This document shows, piece after piece, positions 54,442 through 64,000 of a DNA stretch of 64,000 nucleotides; within the stretch, counting starts at the first letter, position 1, and every line of letters starts with the position of its first letter. Both the position numbers and the translations under genes were made by a program. The stretch comes from Clostridia bacterium (GTDB lineage: Bacteria > Bacillota > Clostridia > Christensenellales > UBA1242), in NCBI GenBank assembly GCA_017531805.1, contig JAFXKG010000006.1, forward strand, positions 21,395 through 85,394, in the 5' to 3' direction. The notes beneath the pieces were generated by a model. The model worked only from the letters and a program-made list of their open reading frames with translations, did not search any database and had not been told where the DNA came from.

Positions 54442-54470
54442 TTGACAATATTGTCGATTTTTTATAGAAT
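54442..54470 (+). promoter_or_regulatory. sigma-70 promoter of the surface protein gene with a 0A-box-like heptamer in the spacer
   Basis: TTGACA (54442-54447), 17-nt spacer containing TGTCGAT (54452-54458), TAGAAT (54465-54470). Confidence 0.5.
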
Positions 54471-54503
54471 AAACTAGACTTAATACTTAAATAGGAGACA
54501 ACA

Positions 54504-57500
54504 ATGAAAGTAATTAAAAAATATTTTAAAGTCGCATTATGTTTTATGGCTTTTGCAATTATGAGTTTCATTTTTGCATTTAATCCATCAATCGCTTCAT
54601 TTGCTGCGGTAGAAGCTACTGGTTCAGCAGTGATCACAGAGTTCAATGCTCTTAAATTGCCTACAAAATTTGATGTAGAATCTTCAGCAGATGGCATGTT
54701 GAGAGTTCCTCTATTAACATCAGGCACAGGTTACACTGTAAGAGTTATCGATCCGGCTGGTCAAGAACACAACTATGTACAAGGTTCATCAAGTGATGAC
54801 TATTTTTCAGTTGATGGTAATCAATTAAAGATTGCCACACTTACAAACGGCACATATAAAGTTGTTTATATTGTAACAAACAATGGCAAAACTTACTATT
54901 CTAACACTCACAGAATCACAGTTACAAATGTTTCTTACGAACTCAACTTTAAAAATGCTGACAATACTGTAACACTTGTAAAACCTACAGTTGCAGCAAA
55001 TTCTGCACTAGTTGAATTACCAAATCCTACAATCAGAAAAACTGGCACAGAAACTGATATCACTAACAAAACTTTTGAAATTGAAGTTACAAGAGATGGT
55101 GAACGTTTAGACCCTCAAGTTAAAGCATCTGAAGATGAAGTTACTGCCAACGATTTCTTTGTAAAAATTGGTGATACTTATTATTTAAATCCAAGTTTTA
55201 CACAAACTGAAATAAACGATAACAAAGAAAAAGCTCAGTTTGTAATCAAATATTCATTTAATGAAGGTTACAATCCACCTTCAAAGCCTTTCACTGTCAA
55301 TGTTGTTAAAGGTTTTGAAGAACCAAAAGAATTGGAAATTGCAACTCCAACATTGCCTAAATTTGAATTAGGCGATAAAGATATTGAATTGCCAAGACCA
55401 ACATTAAGCAACGAATATAGCAACAATGCAGAATACAATATCACATCTATTGTAATTGAAAAAGAAAGTGACAGTTCTATCAAATTAGAATTGCAAAAGA
55501 ATACTACAAAATTTGATATGACTTTAGAAGCTTTCAAAGCTGCTGGTGTAAATGTAACAAGCTATAGCCAACTTGTTGGTAACTACTTGATTAAATACAC
55601 ACTTGAAGATGCTTACGGTAAATCTGTTTCAAAAGAACTTAGAAAAGAAGGTTTAACAATTTCTTCAAATCCTACAGCTTACATGGCTTATAACTACACA
55701 ATTACAGACACTGAAGGTGTAAAAACTGTATCTGCTAAACCAGACACAGATTATGCTGCAGATTTAAAATCTGAATACTTATACAGCAATATTGTATTGC
55801 CAGGTATTTACGGTGAAGATAAAGTTTCTAGTTTCAACGACTTAGTTTTAGTGCGTACAATAGTAGACAGCGAAACAAAAGAAGTTTACTATGTAGATAA
55901 CTATAAGTATGATAGTGCACAAGGTAAGGCTGTTCCATTGTCATCTGCTGATAATGGTAATGCTGCTATTACTGTTGATGTAACTGAAGACAATATTAAT
56001 GAATTTGTTTTGTCAGCATCATCAGCAAGAGTATTTAAATTTAAGGGTGAAGATATAGACCAAGCTGCTAAAGCTGGTAAATATATCCTTCGTTATGAAG
56101 TATACTCAAAAAATGTTAAATCTCGTTCAGGCAAGTTAGTAGATGCTTCAGGTTCAGAATATACATTCCAAGTTAAAACAGCTAAATCTGTTAGCACTCA
56201 AGAAATTAAAATTACAAATATCAGCAAAACAGTTGCAGCTGAAAAAGGTGAAGAAATCACTGTTAAAGTATCTGCTACAGACACTGTTGACTCTAGACAA
56301 CAAACTTATGTGTTTATAACAAACACTTCAGACAATCTAACAACTATTCAAAGCAAATTCCAACAAGCTGCAAATGAAGCAAATGAAGCAATGCCTATTG
56401 GTCAAAGTCGCTTGTTTGATTACGAAACATTTAAAACAGAATTGGGGTACACTTTAACACCAGCAACTTTAGTTGAAGGTACTACAAACACATATAAATT
56501 TACTGCAACAGAAACTGATAACAAAGTCATTGCTGTAACACTTAATGATAATGGTGATGTTTTGGTTGCAACAAGAGACATTTCTCTTAAAAATACAGAA
56601 CATGACTCAGTTCCTGCAACTTCTGCAATCATAAAAGCAAATGATTTCAATACAGATAAAAATGCAACAACTTTACAACAAGTTAAAGCATATATTGGTG
56701 ACGTAATCACTTTACCAGATATCCAATTTACTGATACAGCAGATTCAACTTATAATGGTGATAGTTCACTTTCATTAAATGTTGTTTACTATATCGATAC
56801 ACCAGAAACTGAAATTGGTTTAAAATACATGTCTCCTTCTGATTGTATATTTACAAATGATACTGTATATGGTGGTCAAATCACTGCAAGCAAAAAAGGC
56901 ACTTATCATGTTGTATATAGTGCAACTGACGATGCTGGCAACACAAGTGTAGTAGCATTCTCATTTGTTGTTGATGAAGTAATCGAACCAGTTATCACAC
57001 TAGATGTAACAAGTGATAACGATACATTTAACTTTGAAAATGGCACTGTAACTACAGAATCAGGCGCTATTGTAACAATTGATGCAAGAGACGAAGTTTC
57101 TAGCGAAGTTGCACAAGTTAAAATTTCTCAAAAAGGTTTGTACTATCAATCATTAGGTGATGGAAAATATCAATTCTTTGGAGTTGGTACTTATAATGTA
57201 GATGTAAGCTTAGCTTCAAATCCAGAAATTTCTAGATCATTTAAAATCAAAGTTAACGAACAAAAACTTGAATGGTCAGAAGATTTCAGCTCAGTACCAG
57301 AATATGGTAAAAACGGCGAAGAAGTCTTCTTACCAATGGCAACAACAAATGACGGATCTCAAGTTAGCGTAAAAGTTACTCTTGGTAAAGATGGTGAAGA
57401 AGTTGATGTAGAATATGTAAACAACGGATGGAAATTTACTCCAACAAAAAATGGTGTTTATTATGTACAATATAGCGCAGAAAATGAATATGTTGTGCTT

Positions 57501-58172
57501 GATGACTCTACATCTCAATTCACTATTAATGTGGGTGACAGCGTTCCACCTCAACTTACAATGACTGCTAAAAATCAATTATCTCAAGATATTGTTTATA
57601 ATGGCTCAAATATCGAACTTAACTTCGACATTAACACTTCAAGCAAAAAATTGATTGTTACTGCTGTAAGCAATGGCACTCAATTGTTCAGTGTTGATAC
57701 AGGCCTTTCTATCACAGACAAAAACGACGCTGGCCAAATTGATAGAAACACTTATGCTTTATGGAGCAAGTTAAAAGTAGAACTTTCTAGTACAAAGGGT
57801 AGTTTTGAAGAAATTGATCAAGATGTTTATGATTATCAATTTGTTCTATCTAGCACAGGAAAGTATACAGTAAAACTTACTGCAGAAGATAAGTATGAAA
57901 AAATTGGCGAATTGGAATTTAGTTTCAATGTTGTAAGCAACTCAGTTGAAGCTGAGAAAAATGATAATGCTGCAGGTATTGCACTTATCATCACATCAGC
58001 TGTTATCCTTGTTGGTGTAATTGCATTCTTTGTTCTTACAGGCAAAAAGGGTGGCACTAAAAAATCTAAAAAGTCTAAAACTACTGTTGCTGAAGAAGTT
58101 GAAGTAGAAGATAAGACTGAAGAAAAAACTGAATCTTCTGAAGAAGCTAAATCTGGCGAAATTGAAGAATAA
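54504..58172 (+). CDS. 1222-aa cell-surface protein: signal peptide, about 7 Ig-like/DUF5011-like modules, C-terminal TM anchor and charged tail
   Basis: TAGGAGA RBS. N-terminal signal (..SIASFAAVEA). Recurrent GxYxVxY..D..G motif (e.g. GTYHVVYSATDDAGNTS). C-terminal AAGIALIITSAVILVGVIAFFVLTGKKGGTKKSKKSK. No LPXTG. Confidence 0.7.
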   Translation: MKVIKKYFKVALCFMAFAIMSFIFAFNPSIASFAAVEATGSAVITEFNALKLPTKFDVESSADGMLRVPLLTSGTGYTVRVIDPAGQEHNYVQGSSSDDYFSVDGNQLKIATLTNGTYKVVYIVTNNGKTYYSNTHRITVTNVSYELNFKNADNTVTLVKPTVAANSALVELPNPTIRKTGTETDITNKTFEIEVTRDGERLDPQVKASEDEVTANDFFVKIGDTYYLNPSFTQTEINDNKEKAQFVIKYSFNEGYNPPSKPFTVNVVKGFEEPKELEIATPTLPKFELGDKDIELPRPTLSNEYSNNAEYNITSIVIEKESDSSIKLELQKNTTKFDMTLEAFKAAGVNVTSYSQLVGNYLIKYTLEDAYGKSVSKELRKEGLTISSNPTAYMAYNYTITDTEGVKTVSAKPDTDYAADLKSEYLYSNIVLPGIYGEDKVSSFNDLVLVRTIVDSETKEVYYVDNYKYDSAQGKAVPLSSADNGNAAITVDVTEDNINEFVLSASSARVFKFKGEDIDQAAKAGKYILRYEVYSKNVKSRSGKLVDASGSEYTFQVKTAKSVSTQEIKITNISKTVAAEKGEEITVKVSATDTVDSRQQTYVFITNTSDNLTTIQSKFQQAANEANEAMPIGQSRLFDYETFKTELGYTLTPATLVEGTTNTYKFTATETDNKVIAVTLNDNGDVLVATRDISLKNTEHDSVPATSAIIKANDFNTDKNATTLQQVKAYIGDVITLPDIQFTDTADSTYNGDSSLSLNVVYYIDTPETEIGLKYMSPSDCIFTNDTVYGGQITASKKGTYHVVYSATDDAGNTSVVAFSFVVDEVIEPVITLDVTSDNDTFNFENGTVTTESGAIVTIDARDEVSSEVAQVKISQKGLYYQSLGDGKYQFFGVGTYNVDVSLASNPEISRSFKIKVNEQKLEWSEDFSSVPEYGKNGEEVFLPMATTNDGSQVSVKVTLGKDGEEVDVEYVNNGWKFTPTKNGVYYVQYSAENEYVVLDDSTSQFTINVGDSVPPQLTMTAKNQLSQDIVYNGSNIELNFDINTSSKKLIVTAVSNGTQLFSVDTGLSITDKNDAGQIDRNTYALWSKLKVELSSTKGSFEEIDQDVYDYQFVLSSTGKYTVKLTAEDKYEKIGELEFSFNVVSNSVEAEKNDNAAGIALIITSAVILVGVIAFFVLTGKKGGTKKSKKSKTTVAEEVEVEDKTEEKTESSEEAKSGEIEE

Positions 58173-58176
58173 TTAT

Positions 58177-58209
58177 AAAAAACGAGTTTAATTAAACTCG
58201 TTTTTTTTG
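58177..58209 (+). terminator. intrinsic terminator
   Basis: ACGAGTTTAA/TTAAACTCGT palindromic stem followed by a T8 run. Confidence 0.8.
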
Positions 58210-58211
58210 TA

Positions 58212-58237
58212 TAAAAAAATAGCGCATAAACGCTATT
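58212..58237 (-). terminator. intrinsic terminator of uvrB
   Basis: Stem ATAGCG / CGCTAT overlapping the stop codon. A U7 run follows on the minus strand. Confidence 0.7.
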
Positions 58238-60185
58238 TTAATTTTCTTTTAAGTTTTGCAATCTCTTCACGCAATTTTATAGCTGTTTCAAAGTCTAGTT
58301 GTGAAGCAGCAGTGTTCATCATACCTTTTAAATGTTCTATTTGCTTTAAAATTTCAGATTTTGTAAGTTTTTCTTCTTTGTCTACGCGTATTTTTAATGT
58401 ATCAACAATACCTTTTTTGATTGTCATAGGTTTTACATTATGTTCTTTATTATATTGCATTTGTTTTTGACGTCTATTATTTGTCTCATCAATTGCCAGT
58501 TTCATGCTTTCTGTTATTCTATCGGCATACATAATCACTTTGCTTTCATTATTACGAGCCGCACGACCAACAATTTGGATAAGAGAAGTTGCACTACGCA
58601 AAAAGCCTTCCTTATCTGCATCAAGAATAGCAACTAATTTTACTTCTGGCAAATCTAAACCTTCTCTAAGCAGATTAATGCCTATCAAAACATCAAATTC
58701 GTCCGCGCGTAGTTCATTGATAATTTTTACACGTTCAAGAGTATCAATATCACTGTGTAAATATTTTACTCTTACGCCATTTTCTCCAAAGTAAGCACAC
58801 AAATCTTCTGCCATCTTTTTTGTTAGAGTAGTAACCAAAATCTTGCCTTGATTTTTTATAGTTTTGTTTATTTCGTCATAAAGATTATCAACTTGTCCAT
58901 TGCTTGGTCTTACATCAATTTCTGGGTCTAATAAGTATGTTGGACGAATAACTTGTTCAACTATTTGACTAGATAAAGATTTTTCATAGTCATTAGGTGT
59001 TGCTGATACATATATAGTTTGTCCAATGCGTTCATTAAACTCTTCAAAATTTAATGGTCTGTTGTCAAAAGCGCTTGGCAATCTAAATCCATAATCAACC
59101 AAATTTGTTTTGCGTGCTCTATCACCATTGTACATGCCTCTTACTTGTGGTAATGTGATGTGACTTTCATCAACAAACAACAAAAAACCATTAGGGAAAT
59201 AGTCAAGTAAAGTATAGGGTGGTTCGCCAGCACGCCTTCCGTCAAAGTATCTTGAATAGTTTTCTATGCCAGAACAATATCCCATTTCTGTCATCATCTC
59301 TAAATCGTAGTTTGTGCGTTCCTTAATGCGTTGAGCTTCTATATATTTGCCTTGTTTGGTGAAACTTTCTTCACGCTCTTTGGCATCTAATCTTATTTGA
59401 TCTAAAGCTTGATTTAATTTTTCACTGCCTACTGCATAGTGACTTGCAGGGAAGATAGATGCATGCTTCAACTGAGATAAAACTCTACCATTTACAACTT
59501 CAAATTCGCTGATTTTTTCTATCTCATCGTCAAAAAATTCAACTCTAATTGCGCGTTCACTGCTGTCTGCAGGAAAAATATCAACAACATCACCATGTGC
59601 ACGGAAAGTAGAACGAGAAAAATCAATTTCGTTGCGTGAATATTGTATGGAAATAAGGCGTTTTATCAAGTCTTCTCTTGTTAATTTGTCTCCAACACGC
59701 AAAGAAATGTGCAAGTCATAATATTCTTTTGGTGCACCTAAACCATAAATACACGATACAGAAGCTACAACTATTGTGTCACTGCGCTCCAACAAACTGC
59801 TTGTTGCGCTGTGACGAAGTTTGTCTATTTCGTCGTTGACACTCATGTCTTTTTCAATATATGTGTCGCTAGAAACAATGTATGCTTCTGGCTGATAGTA
59901 ATCATAATACGAAACAAAAAATTCCACGCGGTTGTTCGGGAAAAATTCTCTAAATTCATTGCAAAGTTGTGCTGCTAAGGTCTTGTTGTGTGCCAAAATC
60001 AGTGTAGGGCGATTGACCTGAGCAATAACATTTGCCATTGTAAAAGTTTTACCACTGCCTGTAACACCTTTCAAAACCTGAGCAGATAAGCCATCGTTTA
60101 TGCCTTCTACAAGACTTTTGATGGCTTCTGGCTGATCGCCAGTTGGTTTGTAGTTTGATACTAATTCAAATTTTTTAAATTCCAT
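58233..60185 (-). CDS. uvrB: excinuclease ABC subunit B
   Basis: 650 aa. Contains [12 protein letters not shown], helicase motifs and the C-terminal UVR domain ([11 protein letters not shown]). Confidence 0.97.
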   Translation of the reverse strand: MEFKKFELVSNYKPTGDQPEAIKSLVEGINDGLSAQVLKGVTGSGKTFTMANVIAQVNRPTLILAHNKTLAAQLCNEFREFFPNNRVEFFVSYYDYYQPEAYIVSSDTYIEKDMSVNDEIDKLRHSATSSLLERSDTIVVASVSCIYGLGAPKEYYDLHISLRVGDKLTREDLIKRLISIQYSRNEIDFSRSTFRAHGDVVDIFPADSSERAIRVEFFDDEIEKISEFEVVNGRVLSQLKHASIFPASHYAVGSEKLNQALDQIRLDAKEREESFTKQGKYIEAQRIKERTNYDLEMMTEMGYCSGIENYSRYFDGRRAGEPPYTLLDYFPNGFLLFVDESHITLPQVRGMYNGDRARKTNLVDYGFRLPSAFDNRPLNFEEFNERIGQTIYVSATPNDYEKSLSSQIVEQVIRPTYLLDPEIDVRPSNGQVDNLYDEINKTIKNQGKILVTTLTKKMAEDLCAYFGENGVRVKYLHSDIDTLERVKIINELRADEFDVLIGINLLREGLDLPEVKLVAILDADKEGFLRSATSLIQIVGRAARNNESKVIMYADRITESMKLAIDETNNRRQKQMQYNKEHNVKPMTIKKGIVDTLKIRVDKEEKLTKSEILKQIEHLKGMMNTAASQLDFETAIKLREEIAKLKRKLK

Positions 60186-60186
60186 T

Positions 60187-60551
60187 TTAAATCCATGTAA
60201 ACATTAATTTAATAAGCACACCAGCAAGTGCACCTACAACTGCCAAAATGGCACTTCTGCCAACCCAAAAAAACCAATTGCGCTTGTTGTTTGTAAGTTC
60301 TCTATGGAAGCCTTCACCTTTAATTTTAAGTGACACGCAATATACAGGGCTACCTTTTTGTCAGATTTTAACAACTCTATATAATTATCATAACTTAAAT
60401 TGGTCATGATTTTTTCTAATTCGTCAGGGTAGATAATATATTTATCTGCAGCAAAAGAAATAATTTCTCGTGGAGAAATAAGACAAGACTTTTTGCCTTG
60501 ACATTTTTGATAAACATATTCCATAATGTATTTTTCTTTTAAAGTTAGCAT
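60187..60551 (-). pseudogene. small winged-helix-like plus C-terminal TM protein, interrupted by a frameshift in an A5 run
   Basis: The track ORF ends ..KSDKKVALYIACH..WQL. The adjacent frame reads [56 protein letters not shown], with its stop at 60187-60189. One extra A at 60355-60359 (coding strand) joins the two. Confidence 0.55.
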
Positions 60552-60560
60552 AATTTTTCC

Positions 60561-60929
60561 TTAAAAAGTTAGATAAAAGAAAATCAACAGCGCAATCATT
60601 GTTCCAACAAAAGCAGATATCATTGTATAAACATAAATCATAACAGGAAAGTTATGTTTTTTTGTTTTGTTTTTTGTTGTTTCTTGCTCCAAATAAATCC
60701 TTGCCTTTGGCAGTAAAGAAAAGCAATATGTGTTTTCTTCACTGAACTTGATGTTTAAATATTCTTGCTTTTCCAAAAACTCTATGATTTGCCTTACAGT
60801 ATCTGCATCATATTGAGATTTTTGCGTAAGCGACATAATGATTTCATCACTGGTTACGACCTTGTATGCACTGCCATCTGCAAGCTTGTTTAATGCTTTT
60901 AAAACTGCTATTGTTTTTTTATCTAGCAT
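60561..60929 (-). CDS. small winged-helix-like plus C-terminal TM protein (paralog-like to the downstream gene)
   Basis: 122 aa. The N-terminal ~85 aa look wHTH-like (LKALNKLADGSAY..SDEII). The C-terminal hydrophobic helix is VMIYVYTMISAFVGTMIALLIFFYL. Confidence 0.5.
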   Translation of the reverse strand: MLDKKTIAVLKALNKLADGSAYKVVTSDEIIMSLTQKSQYDADTVRQIIEFLEKQEYLNIKFSEENTYCFSLLPKARIYLEQETTKNKTKKHNFPVMIYVYTMISAFVGTMIALLIFFYLTF

Positions 60930-61015
60930 ATTTCACTCCTATTATATCATCTGTAAATATTTTTTGCAATCTTTTCAAGATTATTTATATTAGCACAACA
61001 GAAGCATTATATACG

Positions 61016-62782
61016 CTAAACTGACAATTTTTTATATTCTTCTAGTTGTTGTTTAAAGAAATCAAAAGCAATTTCATACGGCGTATCTGTTGCCAAGTCT
61101 ATTCCAATTTCTTTTAAAATATCATAGGCTGGTTTATTTAGTCCATTTTTTAAAAACATTATATATTTATTGACATAAGAACTGTCTTTTAAAATGTTAG
61201 AAACAATATTAATAGCAGTTATCATACCTGTAGAATAGCAATAATAGTAGAAAGGTCTGTAAAAATGAGAGATTTTCGACCATTGATATTTTATACTATT
61301 CGGAATAAGACATGAATTACCATAATATTTTTTGTTTAATTTATAGCATTTATCGTTTAAGTCTTGATACGTTATTAACAACTCATTTTGAATACTATTA
61401 TGTGCAAATAATTCAAATTCAGTATACATAGTTGTTTTAAATATTGATGAACTAATTTGATTTAAAAATTGATTTATATAATAAGATTTATGCTTTGTTG
61501 TACAATTGTTTTGAATATAAATGCCGAGCAATAATTCATTAACTGTGCTTGCAATTTCTGCAGCAAAAGTAGTTGTATCTGCTTTTTCCATAGGTTGTGC
61601 AGAATTAAAGTATTCTGCATTAACGCAATGACCCATTTCATGAACTAAAGCAGACAAAGAGTCATAATCATAAGTCCAATTTAAAAGAATAACAGTTTTT
61701 GTATCGTAAGCATTATCACAATATCCTCCAGAATATTTATCCTTATTTGTAAGATAATCTATTGATTTGTCATTAAGCTTATGATTGACTATTTTAAGAT
61801 ATTCTACACCCAATGGTGCAAGAGACTTTAACATAATTTCTTGTGCTTTCTCAATTTTAATTTTTCCGCCAACTTTTTTGTCTTCAAAAATATCAAAAGT
61901 TGAGAAGTCCTTAATGCCACTTATCTTTGCTTGCGTTTTGATAAAATTTTGAAATAAATTTTTATGTTTGAAAACTTGTTCTATATTTTTTTCAAATACT
62001 GCCAGCGGAACATCATTGTTGTGTAACATTCGTTCAAGAGTACTATTATAGTTTTGTAATCTGCTAAATTCAAAAGCGGTTTTTACAGATGAAAGATACA
62101 ATTCGGAAATAGTTTTATTGATGTCAGCATAAGCATTTATCATTGAGTTAAATGCAGATTTTCTTATTTCTCTATCTTTACTAGAAATTAGATTTGTATA
62201 GGTTGAATTATCTACTTTATGTGTTTTGCCTTTGCTATCTTTAGCGTCTTGATATTTCATTTCAGAATTTTGCAACAAATCATAAATGGTATAAGAATTA
62301 TTAAAAGAGTTATCCATTTTAGATAAAATTTCATTTGTTTTTTCATCTAATCTGTGTGGTTTGTTTTTAATAACTTCTTTGATTTTTACATCTAAATCTT
62401 TTGCTCTTTCATCATTTAACAAAGATAATAAATAATCTTCATCCAAATCGTCGATTTGCGGATCAACAAAACTTATTGCTTTATTTAATTTATTATACGA
62501 ATTTGAAAATCTTTCAGCCAATTTTAATATTGAAACATCTGTTAAATTTGTCATTTGAGTATTAGAAATATAGAAACACATTTTTTCTATTTTTAACCAA
62601 TCGTCTTTATAATTGTTAAAATATTCAAAAAATTTATCCTTATCGTTAAATTTGCCATAATATGACGGCAAAACTTTTGTTAGTTTTTCGATAGTATCAA
62701 AAACAGCATCTATATCTGCTGTGGTTTTAAACATGTCTAAATCCCATTTGTATTTATCTTCAATTTGGTCTCGTGTTTTCAT
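61016..62782 (-). CDS. pepF: oligoendopeptidase F (M3B family)
   Basis: 588 aa. Zinc motif HEMGH (LVHEMGHCVNAEY). Length and architecture are typical. Confidence 0.88.
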   Translation of the reverse strand: MKTRDQIEDKYKWDLDMFKTTADIDAVFDTIEKLTKVLPSYYGKFNDKDKFFEYFNNYKDDWLKIEKMCFYISNTQMTNLTDVSILKLAERFSNSYNKLNKAISFVDPQIDDLDEDYLLSLLNDERAKDLDVKIKEVIKNKPHRLDEKTNEILSKMDNSFNNSYTIYDLLQNSEMKYQDAKDSKGKTHKVDNSTYTNLISSKDREIRKSAFNSMINAYADINKTISELYLSSVKTAFEFSRLQNYNSTLERMLHNNDVPLAVFEKNIEQVFKHKNLFQNFIKTQAKISGIKDFSTFDIFEDKKVGGKIKIEKAQEIMLKSLAPLGVEYLKIVNHKLNDKSIDYLTNKDKYSGGYCDNAYDTKTVILLNWTYDYDSLSALVHEMGHCVNAEYFNSAQPMEKADTTTFAAEIASTVNELLLGIYIQNNCTTKHKSYYINQFLNQISSSIFKTTMYTEFELFAHNSIQNELLITYQDLNDKCYKLNKKYYGNSCLIPNSIKYQWSKISHFYRPFYYYCYSTGMITAINIVSNILKDSSYVNKYIMFLKNGLNKPAYDILKEIGIDLATDTPYEIAFDFFKQQLEEYKKLSV

Positions 62783-62958
62783 AAAAACTCCTTTTTTTAT
62801 TAATATATAGTTTAAATTTTAACCAAATTTTGTCAAGTAATATATATTTATTATAAATATTTTTAAATTTTAGAGTTTTTCAAACATATTTCAACAATGT
62901 CATAAATTGTTGACTTATTAAATAAATTATTTTATAATGACAGAAAGAGAGGTGGGAT

Positions 62959-63339
62959 ATGAGAAAAATTTTATTATTAATTTGTATCGCTTTTGTTGTT
63001 GTGTGCTATGGTTATCCTTGCTTAGTTTTGCCTTTTGGGGAATATACTTACACAACAAAAGTTGCAGATCAAGAAATTACATCTACAATCAAGTTTAATT
63101 TTAAGAAAAAAGCAACATGGACAATTGGTGATTTAAGCGCTACATACAACTATAAACTTAAAGGTAATGAAGTTGTTTTGAGTTTGGACGACACTTTTGA
63201 CAACGAAGATGATGTTAAATTATCAATCAGCTCTATTTACCGTTTAGGTGAATACAACAACCAAATTGGATTGTGGACTACAATTGGTGTTGGCGTTGCT
63301 GCATTGGTTTTGGTTATAACCATACCTAAAAAAGATTAA
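62959..63339 (+). CDS. small membrane-anchored protein (126 aa)
   Basis: RBS agagaggtgg. N-terminal signal/anchor and C-terminal TM helix. Terminator around 63350-63378. No family recognised. Confidence 0.4.
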   Translation: MRKILLLICIAFVVVCYGYPCLVLPFGEYTYTTKVADQEITSTIKFNFKKKATWTIGDLSATYNYKLKGNEVVLSLDDTFDNEDDVKLSISSIYRLGEYNNQIGLWTTIGVGVAALVLVITIPKKD

Positions 63340-63506
63340 TCAATTTTTAAAGTGTACCTTAGTGGTGCACTTTTTTATGTTATAAATTTTTACTTTGACT
63401 ACTTGAAATTATAATAATTATCTGATACAATAATAGGTGAACAATAATATTTTTGAGATTAAATTGTTTTCTTGCTAAAAATTTTGGCAAAAATAAAGGA
63501 TAAAGT

Positions 63507-64000
63507 ATGTTAGAAAATATTGTAATAAAAGGTGCAAAGGAAAACAACCTTAAAAATATCAATCTTACAATACCAAAAAACAAGTTGGTAGTTTTTTCTG
63601 GTGTAAGTGGATGTGGCAAATCAACACTTGCTTTTGATACGATTTTTGCAGAAGGACAACGAAGGTATATGGAAAGTTTGTCTAGTTATGCAAGACAATT
63701 TTTAGGTCAAATGACAAAACCTGATGTAGAGTATATTGATGGACTTAGTCCTGCAATTTCTATAGATCAAAAAAGTACAAACAACAATCCAAGGTCGACA
63801 GTTGGTACCATTACAGAAATTTATGATTATATTAGGTTGTTGTTTGCTCGTATAGGAAAACCATATTGTCCAAAATGTGGCAAACCTATCACTATACAAA
63901 CCTTAGATCAAATAGTGGATAGAGTTATGGAAGCGGAAGACGGAACTAAAATGCTAATCATGGCACCAATCATAAGAGGACAAAAAGGTACACACGAAAA
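63507..64000 (+). CDS. uvrA: excinuclease ABC subunit A, N-terminal ~164 codons (continues past the window end)
   Basis: Absent from the ORF track because it has no stop in the window. It translates to [65 protein letters not shown]... Confidence 0.95.
   Translation, partial: MLENIVIKGAKENNLKNINLTIPKNKLVVFSGVSGCGKSTLAFDTIFAEGQRRYMESLSSYARQFLGQMTKPDVEYIDGLSPAISIDQKSTNNNPRSTVGTITEIYDYIRLLFARIGKPYCPKCGKPITIQTLDQIVDRVMEAEDGTKMLIMAPIIRGQKGTHE

Overview
Visibly AT-rich, gene-dense chromosomal segment with about 60 CDS and 2 tRNAs. It uses the standard bacterial code; TGA acts as a stop, for example at the spmA/spmB overlap. Near-consensus sigma-70-type promoters and strong intrinsic terminators follow almost every transcription unit. 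Gene content (SpmA/SpmB, Spo0A-C-like domains, SipW-type signal peptides, PFOR, rubrerythrin, MazF) suggests an anaerobic low-GC Bacillota (Clostridia-like) organism. Recognisable core genes are pyk (partial), rpiB, mnmA, an rsmB/F-like methyltransferase, secA, tkt, rplM-rpsI, truA, PFOR, tex, hflX, rpoB-rpoC, uvrB, pepF and uvrA (partial). I saw no CRISPR array, rRNA, transposase or integrase. Items most worth a second look: (1) A stand-alone Rho-derived protein keeps the Rho N-terminal, RNA-binding-like and RecA-like regions but has lost the Walker-A P-loop. Its promoter is bracketed by inverted TGTCGAA (0A-box) heptamers, and it sits next to a mazF with a non-canonical upstream partner. (2) Two receiver-less Spo0A-C-like DNA-binding proteins flank one of two TasA/camelysin-like genes with SipW-type signal peptides. 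0A-box-like heptamers are embedded in the promoter spacers of the other TasA-like gene and of a 1222-aa surface protein gene. (3) The tRNA-Ala/tRNA-Ile locus contains tandem repeats that mimic the tRNA-Ala acceptor stem plus CCA, and a duplicated tRNA-Ile 5' half that ends exactly in the anticodon. (4) Three tandem, structurally conserved terminator hairpins follow rpoC. (5) Three genes are interrupted by frameshifts, and each is repaired by adding one A to a short A-run, so homopolymer under-calling in the assembly is the likeliest explanation. All functional calls come from by-eye motif recognition; no database search was possible.
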